Shown here: piece by piece, positions 20,291 to 29,621 of the stretch
Numbering within the stretch: position 1 is the first letter of the stretch
How the letters are laid out: each line of letters opens with the position of its first letter
Source of the DNA: an uncultured Pseudomonadota bacterium
GTDB lineage: Bacteria > Pseudomonadota > Alphaproteobacteria > Rs-D84
Direction of reading: 5' to 3'
DNA: 64,000 nucleotides
Assembly: GCA_902793435.1 (NCBI GenBank)
Contig: CADBDF010000001.1
Coordinates: 2,418 to 66,417 of the forward strand
Translations under genes and position numbers: made by a program
The notes under the pieces: model-generated
What the model was told of the DNA's origin: nothing
Database searches by the model: none
The model's input: only the letters and a program-made list of their open reading frames with translations

Positions 20291-20725
20291 ATGAGAAATA
20301 CAATAAAAAATCATAAAGATTTTATAACCCCGCGCGATTTTCCATATGCGGTAATGGATTGGTTTTCTGTGCATACCAAATTGGCAAAATATCCAGATGA
20401 TGCGCGTTATGGACTGACTGTGGCAAAACGTAATTTTCGTTATGCGGTTCAACGCAATCGTGCGAAGCGTCTGTTGCGTGATTGGATTGCGTTTGCAAAT
20501 CGTTATATGTGTCCAGATTTAGATTATATTTTCTTTGCGCGTCCTGGTATATTAAACGACGATGTCACGCGTGATGCCGGCCGTCAAGCGATGGTGCGCG
20601 CATTAAAAGATATTCGTCACAGAAACGATTTTCGTAAAAATGGATACCAAAAAAAACCAAAAACTAATCCCCAAAACAAATCTCAAAATGCGTGTGATAA
20701 AACAAAAAAATCCAACGAAAAGTAA
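20291..20725 (+). CDS. rnpA: RNase P protein component (start chosen at [11 protein letters not shown]; the ORF extends upstream to 20246)
   Basis: RnpA-like basic core ...[27 protein letters not shown], with a Lys-rich C-terminal tail overlapping yidD. No rpmH was found upstream. Confidence 0.7.
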   Translation: MRNTIKNHKDFITPRDFPYAVMDWFSVHTKLAKYPDDARYGLTVAKRNFRYAVQRNRAKRLLRDWIAFANRYMCPDLDYIFFARPGILNDDVTRDAGRQAMVRALKDIRHRNDFRKNGYQKKPKTNPQNKSQNACDKTKKSNEK

Positions 20726-20762
20726 TTCGTTTTTAACCAACGTTGGTGTGCGTTTGGTAAAA

Positions 20763-20948
20763 ATGTATCAATCGTGTATATCGCCATTTATTGGCGGTCG
20801 ATGTGCCTGCCGTTTTGTTCCCTCATGCAGTGAATACACCAAAATTGCAATTGAAAGATACGGATTGTTTCGTGGAATTTGGTTGGGTATAAACCGAATA
20901 TCGCGTTGTCGTCCGGGTGGTGGGTTTGGATATGACCCGGTACCTTGA
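20763..20948 (+). CDS. yidD: Membrane protein insertion efficiency factor YidD
   Basis: [25 protein letters not shown]... has the characteristic Cys pattern, and the gene sits in the canonical position after rnpA. The ORF-track start at 20640 is likely too far upstream. Confidence 0.75.
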   Translation: MYQSCISPFIGGRCACRFVPSCSEYTKIAIERYGLFRGIWLGINRISRCRPGGGFGYDPVP

Positions 20949-21029
20949 CTTTTTGCGTATGTGTGGTAAAATTTAATTAAAACACTTGAAAAATATATTG
21001 GTGTAATAGAGTTTATAAAAGGATAAAAA

Positions 21030-21470
21030 ATGTCATTTCGTGCGACCGTTGAATCTATGTCAAAAATCATGGACGATATGGGAATAACAGAATTGGATTT
21101 GGAACGTCAATTTTTATTTGGCGTATATCGCAAACATATTCATTTGTCCAAAGGAACCGCTGTTGCGATGCCAACTTTTTCTGCGGATAAAACAATTAAA
21201 AATTCAACGACTTCTGCGGCATCTGCGCCTGAATATGCAAATGCGCTAAAATCCCCAATGGTTGGTGTTGTATATTTGGCAACCGAACCGGGTGCAAAAC
21301 CGTTTGTTCGTGTTGGCGATACGGTGCATGCTGGCGATACAGTCGCCTTGGTCGAGGCTATGAAAACATTTAATCCAATCAAGGCAACAACCGATGGTGT
21401 CGTCAAAGAAATTTTGGTGACTGATGCCCAGGCGGTTGAATTTGACCAGCCTTTGATTGTTATAGAGTAA
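21030..21470 (+). CDS. accB: Biotin carboxyl carrier protein of acetyl-CoA carboxylase
   Basis: C-terminal biotinyl domain EAMKTFNPI (AMK biotinylation motif). Confidence 0.85.
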   Translation: MSFRATVESMSKIMDDMGITELDLERQFLFGVYRKHIHLSKGTAVAMPTFSADKTIKNSTTSAASAPEYANALKSPMVGVVYLATEPGAKPFVRVGDTVHAGDTVALVEAMKTFNPIKATTDGVVKEILVTDAQAVEFDQPLIVIE

Positions 21471-21476
21471 TTTAAT

Positions 21477-22871
21477 ATGTCACAAATAAAAAAAGTTTTA
21501 ATCGCAAATCGTGGTGAAATTGCATTGCGTATAATTCGTGCGTGTCGTGATATGGGTATTCGCACAGTTGCGGTTTATTCGACCGCTGATAAAAATGCGA
21601 TGCACACACAATTGGCTGATGAAAGTGTATGTATTGGACCTGCGCCATCACGTGATTCTTACCTTAATGAATCTGCAATTTTAACTGCGGCGTTGCTGAC
21701 AAATGCGGACGCAATCCACCCAGGATATGGTTTTCTATCGGAAAATGCCGGATTTGCGCGCAAGGTTGAATCCCATGGTATGATTTGGATTGGACCATCA
21801 CCTGATATGATTGTTCGTATGGGGGACAAGGTTAATGCAAAAAAAACGGCTATTGCGTGTGGTTTGCCGGTTGTGCCGGGGTCAAGTGGTGCGGTAAATT
21901 CTTTGGCTGATGCCAAAGCATGCGCGGAAAAAATTGGTTATCCTGTAATGTTAAAGGCTGCATCTGGTGGGGGTGGTCGCGGTATTCGTGCGGTTTTTAA
22001 ACCCGAAGATTTAGCCGAGGCTTTTGCCACAACTCGTGCCGAGGCAAAATCCAGTTTTGGTGACGAAACATTATACATGGAAAAATTATTGTTGCACCCA
22101 CGTCATATTGAATTTCAAATATTGGGTGACAAACATGGAAATGTTGTTGTATTGGGCGAACGCGATTGTTCGTTGCAACGCAAAAATCAAAAGTTAATCG
22201 AAGAATGTCCTGCGGCGATTTTATCACAAAAACAACGCGATGATATGATTGAAATTTGCAAAACTGCCGCTAAAAAAATGGGGTATTTCAGTACAGGAAC
22301 TTTTGAGTTTATGTATGAAGACGGCAAATTTTATTTCTTGGAAACAAATACCAGACTCCAAGTTGAACACCCGGTCACAGAAATGGTTTATGGCATAGAT
22401 TTGGTGCGCGAACAGATTCGTATTGCGGCGGGCGAAAGGTTGGGCTATTCCCAGGCGAATATCGTGCCACATGGCCACGCGATTGAATTTCGTATCAATG
22501 CCGAAGACCCTGAAACATTTATTCCAAACCCAGGGACGATATCATTGTATGCGCCATCTGGTGGATTAGGCGTGCGTGTGGATTCCGCCGTCTATACTGG
22601 ATATACGATTCCACCGACATACGATTCCATGATTGCGAAATTGATTGTGCATAACACGTCACGTGCGACATGTATAATGCGTGCAACGCGTGCGTTGGAA
22701 GAATTTGTAATCGAAGGTGTTAAAACCACAATTCCATTACATAAAAAATTGTTAAACAATCGTGATTTCAGGCAACTGAATTTTGATAATCATTGGTTGG
22801 AAAATTATTTGTCATCTGCGCCAAATCCAGATGATGAAATAACCCCAACCGAAGAAAATTCACAAGAATAA
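21477..22871 (+). CDS. accC: Biotin carboxylase
   Basis: ATP-grasp fold with KVLIANRGEIALRIIRAC and MLKASGGGGGRG. Confidence 0.9.
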   Translation: MSQIKKVLIANRGEIALRIIRACRDMGIRTVAVYSTADKNAMHTQLADESVCIGPAPSRDSYLNESAILTAALLTNADAIHPGYGFLSENAGFARKVESHGMIWIGPSPDMIVRMGDKVNAKKTAIACGLPVVPGSSGAVNSLADAKACAEKIGYPVMLKAASGGGGRGIRAVFKPEDLAEAFATTRAEAKSSFGDETLYMEKLLLHPRHIEFQILGDKHGNVVVLGERDCSLQRKNQKLIEECPAAILSQKQRDDMIEICKTAAKKMGYFSTGTFEFMYEDGKFYFLETNTRLQVEHPVTEMVYGIDLVREQIRIAAGERLGYSQANIVPHGHAIEFRINAEDPETFIPNPGTISLYAPSGGLGVRVDSAVYTGYTIPPTYDSMIAKLIVHNTSRATCIMRATRALEEFVIEGVKTTIPLHKKLLNNRDFRQLNFDNHWLENYLSSAPNPDDEITPTEENSQE

Positions 22872-22887
22872 ATAAAAAATACACAAT

Positions 22888-22919
22888 AAAAACACCGGCA
22901 TTTGCCGGTGTTTTTTTTT
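22888..22919. terminator. Terminator hairpin aaaaacaccggcatttgccggtgttttttttt (canonical ACCGGCATTTGCCGGT family member)
   Basis: Perfect 7-bp stem with a TTT loop and flanking A and T runs. Serves convergent accC and paralog B. Confidence 0.65.
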
Positions 22920-23030
22920 ACCCCCGCCACCCGCTTTCGCTTCGCTTCAGCGAGGTTCCCCGCCCCAAGCGTCACCCACAAAATTTTACAAATTTTGCGG
23001 GGCCCGATTGGGGTGGAATTATTATTCGGG
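22919..23030. repeat. GC-rich mosaic repeat element, full-length type (CCCCCGCCACCCGCTTTCGCTTCGCTTCAGCGAGG...AT-rich module...GGGGTGGAATT)
   Basis: About 90% identical to 33638..33752 and to the shorter 63428..63495. Abuts the stop codon of paralog B. Confidence 0.6.
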
Positions 23031-24362
23031 TGCCTCTATAATTGGATACCAGTGCGGGACAATAACACCGTTTTCCTCGGTTTCGACCAATAAACATTTT
23101 TTGCCGGCGGGGCATTGTTCGTCCGGGCGGGTCTGCTTGTCCGCTTGCAAACTGGCTATCGCGGCGGTTTGATTTATCGTTTTTGTGACTATTTCGCGAA
23201 TTGTTGCAATCGTAGTATTTAAATCAGTCACCACTGGATTAAATTGCGCAGTATTATATGCCGTTGTCGCGATTTTGATACCCAATTCCAGGCTATTCGA
23301 CACAAGTGTTTGACCGTTTTGCAACAAAGTACGAATCGTTGTGGCAATCGTTCCATTATTCTGTATAACCGGCGCGGTGGTCATGGTCTGTCCCGCAACA
23401 GATTCCGTTGTCGGTTCTGCAAGTGGGTATATTACGATTACAGGTGTTCCCGCTGCATACTGGTCGGCAATATATCTTTTCCAATCGGTAACTGTTGGAA
23501 AATCAGTTACAATATTATAGAAGTTTAAATCTGCACTGCCATCTATTTCGATTTTAGACGACACAGATTCTGTTATATTGCTTAATGGCACAGTTTTTGC
23601 TCTTGCAATACTTCTAAGGACCATAGTCGTATACCCACTCCTCCAAGGACTCCAATTCTCCTTTCCATTAAACACCATGACACCGACTTTGCGGGTAATG
23701 ACGCCAGTGTTGATATTTTGTTCATCGGCATAGTCACCAACCGCAAACAAAGTTTCCACATTCGCGGAATGATTCGCACTGTCGCGCACAGTCTCCCCCG
23801 CCCCTTCGGTGTAAATTGAACCGTATGGATGATACGTCGTTGCGGTTGAACCTTTTTCAAACTGTGCATTTGCATAAGTTGTACTCGCATTACCGCCATC
23901 ACGTCCTGTGATTCTAATAAATGCGACACCAGACGGAATATTTATCTGATATGCACTTGATGCTTGTGCCAAGACAGATGATACAAAATTTTTATTATTA
24001 TCATAAAAACAATGATATGCTGGAACACCTAGTGAACTCGTAAAACCAGATAAATAATATGTTGTATTTTGCTGAACAGGTATATAGTCAGAATATCCCC
24101 ATACGATAGACCCTGTTTTTGTTCCGTCTTGAGCCAAATAATCGCCATGTGTCCAAGTGCTTACTTTAAACAAATTCTTACTCAGTTTTATCGCCCCATT
24201 ATTGGTCACGATATTGACGGGATTGCTGGGGGTTGGGGTGCCGGATTGCTCGGTTGCACCAACGACGGTGACACTGGATATCGATTCGCCATCGGCGTAT
24301 ACAGGGGATGCGGTAATTAGCACCGTTAACGCAAGCAGTAAAGATGATAAAAACTTTTTCAT
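23022..24362 (-). CDS. Secreted phage-receptor-binding-protein-like protein, paralog B (start at MKKFLSSLLLALTVLITASPVYA)
   Basis: Own signal peptide and an unrelated central region containing AQFEKGSTATTYHPY. The C-terminal IATTAYN...CPAGKKCLLVETEENGVIVPHWYPIIEAPE is conserved with paralog A. The ORF-track extension to 24488 reads through a repeat element and is unlikely to be translated. Confidence 0.6.
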   Translation of the reverse strand: MKKFLSSLLLALTVLITASPVYADGESISSVTVVGATEQSGTPTPSNPVNIVTNNGAIKLSKNLFKVSTWTHGDYLAQDGTKTGSIVWGYSDYIPVQQNTTYYLSGFTSSLGVPAYHCFYDNNKNFVSSVLAQASSAYQINIPSGVAFIRITGRDGGNASTTYANAQFEKGSTATTYHPYGSIYTEGAGETVRDSANHSANVETLFAVGDYADEQNINTGVITRKVGVMVFNGKENWSPWRSGYTTMVLRSIARAKTVPLSNITESVSSKIEIDGSADLNFYNIVTDFPTVTDWKRYIADQYAAGTPVIVIYPLAEPTTESVAGQTMTTAPVIQNNGTIATTIRTLLQNGQTLVSNSLELGIKIATTAYNTAQFNPVVTDLNTTIATIREIVTKTINQTAAIASLQADKQTRPDEQCPAGKKCLLVETEENGVIVPHWYPIIEAPE

Positions 24363-24482
24363 ACTCCCCCGTTTTCTTTTCCTTTGCCTATAACCCCCTC
24401 CGTCACTCTCGTTGCGTTGCAACTTGGTGACCCGCCTCCCCGGTCGCGCTTGCGCGCTGGGGCGGAATTCTGGACGCACAAA
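24363..24482. repeat. GC-rich repeat element inserted between the conserved leader and the paralog B start codon (…GGGGCGGAATTCTGG terminus)
   Basis: Shares CCCCCTCC and GGGGCGGAATT modules with the other elements. Absent from the homologous position in copy A. Truncates the conserved MSAK leader ORF (24359..24601). Confidence 0.5.
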
Positions 24483-24735
24483 AACCACCAGATTTTTTGT
24501 AAAACACCAAAAAATGCACGTTTTGCAGACATTTTCGCAACTCTCTCGATTTTATAAACTGGCGGAAATCCGCACCTTTTTGCCATGTTTTGATTATACA
24601 AAAAACCTAGGTTTTTTTCGACACCACATCTGGCAAATTGCGATTTTGAATAACGTATTGTTTTTACAAAAAAAGTGAATTTTAAAATTTTTGAAAAAAG
24701 TTGTTGCTTTTAAACCTAGGTTTTTTTTAGACCGG
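24483..24735 (-). promoter_or_regulatory. Conserved leader/promoter of paralog B (inverted copy of 11634..11880), with AAACCTAGGTTT palindromes at 24603..24614 and 24712..24723
   Basis: Reverse complement matches copy A almost base-for-base, including the leader ORF start MSAK(R)AFFGVLQKI. Confidence 0.55.
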
Positions 24736-24770
24736 TTTAATAAATAAAAACAGGCTATATTTAATTGGTT

Positions 24771-24805
24771 ATAAAAAAACACCCAACATGTTGTCGGGTG
24801 TTTTT
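24771..24805. terminator. Terminator hairpin (acacccaacatgttgtcgggtgttttt)
   Basis: Inverted repeat plus a T-run downstream of the TPR gene. Confidence 0.45.
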
Positions 24806-24822
24806 GTAAGACTTTTCAACCT

Positions 24823-25905
24823 TTATTGTTCAACAGATTCAGGTTGTGGTTCCACATTTGGTTGTTGTATTGGTTCCGCAACAGGTTCTGGTTGTGGTTC
24901 AGGTTCGGCACCTGTTGCCATTTCAACCTGGTCAATGGTGACAACTTTGCCTTGGCCGGCATCAATCGATGCCTGTAAATCTGCAATCAATTGATCCAGG
25001 CGCGATACACTTTCGGTATCATTTAATGCAACCGCAATTTGACGCGCACCTTGTAAATTATTCAATGCCGCCTGTTTGTTATCCATTTTCAAATATAATG
25101 CCGCACTTTTTTCAGTGTATAACATTACATCGCGTGATAATTTTTCGCCTTCGGCAACATCGGTCACACCACCCAATTGTTCTTTGATAACCTGCATCGC
25201 AGAATTGTAATCGGTTATCGCATCGGCATAATTACCTTTGGCGGTGTATGCCTCGGCACGTTCGGCATATACATCAGGATTAACTGTGCCGTCTGGGCGT
25301 GCCAATGAATTTGTATAATCCGCAATCGCACCGTCCCAATTTTTTTGCCACAAATTTAACTGGCCACGTTTTGCGTAAATATCACGCAATGGAACAGATG
25401 GATTTGTACTAGACGCGGCAACAACCAGCGCATTGTTCAAATCAATCATTGCCGAATCATAATCTTCGACACGCATTTCCAACAATGCTTTATCATAAAA
25501 TGCCAAAACATTTGTCGAATCGTGTTCAATCGCAGAATTAAAATCAGCCATCGCTTTTTTATAATCACCCAACAACAAATATGCTTCGCCACGCGCAATG
25601 TATGCAGTTCCAGATACAACACCAGAATCCACAACCGCCGTCAAATCAGCAATTGCGCCTTGGATATCGCCATCTTTTAATTTTGCCTGGCCTGCATTGT
25701 AATAATCCGTTGCCTGCATCAAAATTTCTTCATTTAATGTCGCAGGATTATGAATCATTCCATGACTGCGTCCAAGAATATAAAATGTTGCAGCAATGAA
25801 AAATAAAATAATTACCCAATAAACATAAATTGGTGTCGTCCAACCGTTTGTCTTAACAGTTGCAGTACGCGGTTTATCAGTGTTCTTTGTGGTGATTTTA
25901 GGCAT
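24823..25905 (-). CDS. Membrane-anchored TPR-repeat protein with a Pro/Glu-rich C-terminal tail
   Basis: N-terminal TM segment IYVYWVIILFFIAATFYIL, multiple TPR-like A..Y..G repeats, and a PEPQPEP tail. Confidence 0.55.
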   Translation of the reverse strand: MPKITTKNTDKPRTATVKTNGWTTPIYVYWVIILFFIAATFYILGRSHGMIHNPATLNEEILMQATDYYNAGQAKLKDGDIQGAIADLTAVVDSGVVSGTAYIARGEAYLLLGDYKKAMADFNSAIEHDSTNVLAFYDKALLEMRVEDYDSAMIDLNNALVVAASSTNPSVPLRDIYAKRGQLNLWQKNWDGAIADYTNSLARPDGTVNPDVYAERAEAYTAKGNYADAITDYNSAMQVIKEQLGGVTDVAEGEKLSRDVMLYTEKSAALYLKMDNKQAALNNLQGARQIAVALNDTESVSRLDQLIADLQASIDAGQGKVVTIDQVEMATGAEPEPQPEPVAEPIQQPNVEPQPESVEQ

Positions 25906-25942
25906 TTAATTCCCCCCTTTGTATTCTCTTTACAATTAAATA

Positions 25943-26638
25943 TTAAAGAGTTTTCAAGAGTTCGTCAATACCTTTCTGTGATACTTTGATAATTTTTCCG
26001 GGTGCCAAATTTCCCAACCGCAAATTTCCAAATGATTCGCGATGTAATTTTTGAACAGGCGCACCACACGCACGCATAACAATTCGAATTTCGTTCTTTT
26101 TACCCTCGGTTACCGTCACACGAATTTTGCCTGGCGCAATTTCATCAATCACCATTGGTCGATAATGCACACCATCAATCGTTGCACCCGTACGCGCAAT
26201 TTCATAATTCGGTTTTTTTCCACCAACACGTGCAATATATACTCGCGGAATTTTATTCGTTGGTAATGTCAATCGGCGCGCCAAATCGCCATCATTTGTC
26301 ATTAACAACAATCCTGTGGTTTTGTAATCCAATCGCCCAACATAACGCAAATGTTTGTATTCATCACCCAACACATCATAAATCGTTTTACGTTGCATTG
26401 GGTCGTGTGATGTTGTCATCACATTTAATGGTTTATGAAACATATAAAGTTCTGGTGCTTTTTGTGGTTCAACGACATTACCATTGACGGTGACAACATC
26501 TGTATCCGCGACATTTATTGCCGGCGAATCTATCGTTGTTCCATTTATAGCAACCGCGCCAGATAAGATTAATTTTTCTGCGTCCCTGCGTGATGCAATT
26601 CCAGAATGTGCGATAAATTTTGCAATTCGTGTCGTCAT
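25943..26638 (-). CDS. Pseudouridine synthase, RsuA/RluB family
   Basis: S4 domain RIAKFIAHSGIASRRDAEKLI plus the catalytic GRLDYKTTGLLLMTNDG motif. Confidence 0.75.
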   Translation of the reverse strand: MTTRIAKFIAHSGIASRRDAEKLILSGAVAINGTTIDSPAINVADTDVVTVNGNVVEPQKAPELYMFHKPLNVMTTSHDPMQRKTIYDVLGDEYKHLRYVGRLDYKTTGLLLMTNDGDLARRLTLPTNKIPRVYIARVGGKKPNYEIARTGATIDGVHYRPMVIDEIAPGKIRVTVTEGKKNEIRIVMRACGAPVQKLHRESFGNLRLGNLAPGKIIKVSQKGIDELLKTL

Positions 26639-27291
26639 GGCAACACCTTGGATATTGCAATCGGCGCCGCGACTTCTGCACGCAAAATTGTTTTTCCCAA
26701 TGACAAACCAGCCGCACCGTTTTTATCCAGCGCATCAAATTCAGTATTAGAAAAACCACCTTCGGGACCGACCAATATATTTTTTTTATCATTATATCGC
26801 GTTGGTATATCGGCACCGTATGCCGCACGTTCGTCTGCAAACACCAATTTATCAAAAGGCAATTCATTAAATTTAATCGGTGCAGTAATATTCGGTACGG
26901 AATTTCGATTTGATTGTTCGGCAGCCTCTATCACTATTTTCTTCATACGTTCCCAATTTATATGATTTGCAACTGTGCGTTCTGTTATCACAGGAACAAA
27001 TGTTTTTACACCCATTTGCGTCGCCATATTTAACATGTCGTCCAATCTTTTAATCGGTGCAAAATACAAAGTAATATCGTTTGATGGGTCAATGTGGTCT
27101 GTTTTTTCACCAATCGTCATTGTTTTTCCATCAGAATTCAAATTCGCAACGTATTCATTACCATCACCAAAAACCAAACAATCGTTTCTGCGCATAACAT
27201 GTGATAAATAATGTGCCACAGATTTATCAACCGGTATTATACTACCAGTATTTATGTTATCGCCTATAAAAATTCTGGGTATATTTTTCAT
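26635..27291 (-). CDS. rsmE: 16S rRNA (uracil1498-N3)-methyltransferase
   Basis: 218 aa with the PRIFIGDNI start and a C-terminal SPOUT-like LGKTILRAE; 4 bp overlap with the downstream gene. Confidence 0.7.
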   Translation of the reverse strand: MKNIPRIFIGDNINTGSIIPVDKSVAHYLSHVMRRNDCLVFGDGNEYVANLNSDGKTMTIGEKTDHIDPSNDITLYFAPIKRLDDMLNMATQMGVKTFVPVITERTVANHINWERMKKIVIEAAEQSNRNSVPNITAPIKFNELPFDKLVFADERAAYGADIPTRYNDKKNILVGPEGGFSNTEFDALDKNGAAGLSLGKTILRAEVAAPIAISKVLP

Positions 27292-27347
27292 AATTTTTTT
27301 ATTTCGTGATTTATCAATCTTGATTTTTATGTTATAATGTTATCACC

Positions 27348-29621
27348 ATGGTTGAAAAATTCAAGATTTTATCTGTTGGCGGTTCGTCCAAAGGATTAAA
27401 CATTTTTAAATCGTCGGCTTATAAAGAGCACGAGGCGGGGCAATTCGCCCAAATGTTTTGGATATTCCGCTGGAACGCTATGATTTGGTGCATTTGCGCA
27501 CTGATGTTTGGGTTTGCATTTATTATCGAACATATTTTCAGGTATGGGTGGTCGCCCGCATCGTTGCATTGGTCTGGTATTTTTTTGGGACATGCATTGC
27601 ATTCTTTTGGGCTGTCTGTGGTTGCAGAGGTTCCTAATTGGATTATGCGTGCAATATTTAACCCTGATTTCGAATGTATTGTGCCAATTATACCTATTAT
27701 CGCTTTCTATTTTATGGCAGATGATACATTGACCAAGGAATTTAACCCACATGGCAAAGATATGTACGACGAAAAATCTTCGCGCAAGGCAAATGCAAAT
27801 GATATTAAAAAAATGGGAAAATTTGCATGGAAAACAAAAATGGGTTTGTTCCAAGGCTTTATGATGGTTTTGGGATATTTCAAAGACGGAAAAACATCTA
27901 AACCTTTGATGATGGACGAAACATTGTCTGTGTTGTGTGTGGCGCCTCCGGGAACCGGTAAAACCGCCGGGGTTGTGATTCCTACGATTGTTGAATGTGA
28001 TAATGTTTCCATGATTATCAATGACCCAAAGCCTGAATTGAAACAATTAACATCCGCATATCGCGCGACCATTGGTCCGGTGTTCATTATGAATTGGGCG
28101 GGACAAGACGATCCAGAACGCGGAATATTTTATCCATCTTGGAATCCGTTATCCCCAGAACATGTCCCAACCGAAGTCGAACAACGCGATTTGTATGTTG
28201 ATACAATATGCAAAGTGTTGGTACCTGATGCAACCGGGTCAAGTGCAGACCCGCACTGGTCAATATCTGGACGCGCAGGATTATCTGGATTTATTCAATA
28301 TATTGTTTCAAAAATAGAACGCGCCAAAGCCGATGATTATTTTTATGCACGTTTGCAATCTGGCGAATTTAACCAAGAAGACGCAAATGTTTTGATGGAT
28401 TATTATTTATCTATGTCGTCTAATCAAAACGCGTATGCGGCATTGGGATTATTACAACGCGGTGAATTAAATACGATGAATTATGTGCATGTTGGGTCTT
28501 GGCGACATATCCCAGATGCTTGGTTGGGTAAAGAGGCATCTTTGTCCATGATTTTGGATTGGTTAAACGCATCACAATTGGCAAACGCCGCACAAATGGA
28601 AGAACGGCGCAAACAAGGCGACCAAATGGTTGCGTTGGCTGACCCAATGAAAGACGTTTTAGAAGATGCTGTAAATGAGGCTGTAGAGTTTGCATATTCG
28701 CATCGTGCGGTATTGGAATTGACGCAACTGGCAAATACACCTGATAAAGAACGCGGGTCTATTTTATCAACAATTATGGCAGGATTAGGCATTTTCCGTA
28801 ATGCCGCAGTGCGCAACAGAACATCACATTCCGATTTCCATTTCGAAGATTTAAGAGGATTAAAAGACCCACGTGATGGCAAAATTAAACCTGTATCGGT
28901 GTATCTATCTATTAACATGGTCGATGCCCAGGCTTTGAACCCAATTACTGGAATTTTCATTGAATTGATGTCTAATTATCTGTTGGTAAATACCCCAGAT
29001 GTTATTAGCACGTCTGGTAAAAGATTGGGGCCATACCCGGTATTGTTCGTGTTGGACGAAATGCCAAAAATGCAAAAATTAGATGCGGTTATCCAAGGAC
29101 CTGATTTGGGACGTGGGCAACAAATTTCTTATCTGATTATTGGCCAGGATTTACACCAAATCCAAGAAAAATATGGCGCGGACGCAGCGGCAACTATTAT
29201 TTCAACAACCGCGGCAAAAATCATTATGCGTCAAAATGACCCGGATACCGCAAAACGCTTTTCCGACATGATTGGAAAAGAAATCAAAAAAGAAAAAAAG
29301 AAAGACAAAGACGGAAAAGAAACCATTGAAACCAAGGCACCAAAAGATTTATACTCGCCAATGGATATTATGACCCTGCCCGAAGGCAAGCAGATTGTTT
29401 TGTTCCAAGGTTGGTATCATAGACCGATTGAGGCCGACCAAGAAAGACATTTTTTGGAAAAGAACGATATTCAAAAGAAACTGCACGCCAAAGTGGCAAT
29501 GGGCGAATCTGCACCTATGCCTGAATTCTTGGTACCGGCACACTATCGTGCGATGGGGTATAGTGGCCCAATTAAATTCTTGGACCCAACCACAAAGACA
29601 ATTAAAGTTTTGGCTGAATAA
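27348..29621 (+). CDS. Type IV secretion coupling protein (VirD4/TraG family), orphan
   Basis: N-terminal TM helices, Walker A VLCVAPPGTGKTAGVVIPT and Walker B/arginine-finger region VLFVLDEMPKM...GRGQQISYLIIGQD. A Lys-rich C-terminal extension is present. No relaxase or VirB genes are in the window. Confidence 0.65.
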   Translation: MVEKFKILSVGGSSKGLNIFKSSAYKEHEAGQFAQMFWIFRWNAMIWCICALMFGFAFIIEHIFRYGWSPASLHWSGIFLGHALHSFGLSVVAEVPNWIMRAIFNPDFECIVPIIPIIAFYFMADDTLTKEFNPHGKDMYDEKSSRKANANDIKKMGKFAWKTKMGLFQGFMMVLGYFKDGKTSKPLMMDETLSVLCVAPPGTGKTAGVVIPTIVECDNVSMIINDPKPELKQLTSAYRATIGPVFIMNWAGQDDPERGIFYPSWNPLSPEHVPTEVEQRDLYVDTICKVLVPDATGSSADPHWSISGRAGLSGFIQYIVSKIERAKADDYFYARLQSGEFNQEDANVLMDYYLSMSSNQNAYAALGLLQRGELNTMNYVHVGSWRHIPDAWLGKEASLSMILDWLNASQLANAAQMEERRKQGDQMVALADPMKDVLEDAVNEAVEFAYSHRAVLELTQLANTPDKERGSILSTIMAGLGIFRNAAVRNRTSHSDFHFEDLRGLKDPRDGKIKPVSVYLSINMVDAQALNPITGIFIELMSNYLLVNTPDVISTSGKRLGPYPVLFVLDEMPKMQKLDAVIQGPDLGRGQQISYLIIGQDLHQIQEKYGADAAATIISTTAAKIIMRQNDPDTAKRFSDMIGKEIKKEKKKDKDGKETIETKAPKDLYSPMDIMTLPEGKQIVLFQGWYHRPIEADQERHFLEKNDIQKKLHAKVAMGESAPMPEFLVPAHYRAMGYSGPIKFLDPTTKTIKVLAE

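Noticed and set aside
24462-24485. GGGGCGGAATTCTGGACGCAC resembles the 5' end of tmRNA (GGGGCUGAUUCUGGAUUCGACGGG)
   Set aside because: No tRNA-like 3' domain, no resume codon or tag ORF, and no pseudoknots follow. The segment is the terminus of the GC-rich repeat element.
24363-24488. N-terminal extension of paralog B (MVFVRPEFRPSAQARPGRR...)
   Set aside because: This is a translation of the GC-rich repeat insertion. A canonical signal peptide begins at the internal MKKF codon (24362).
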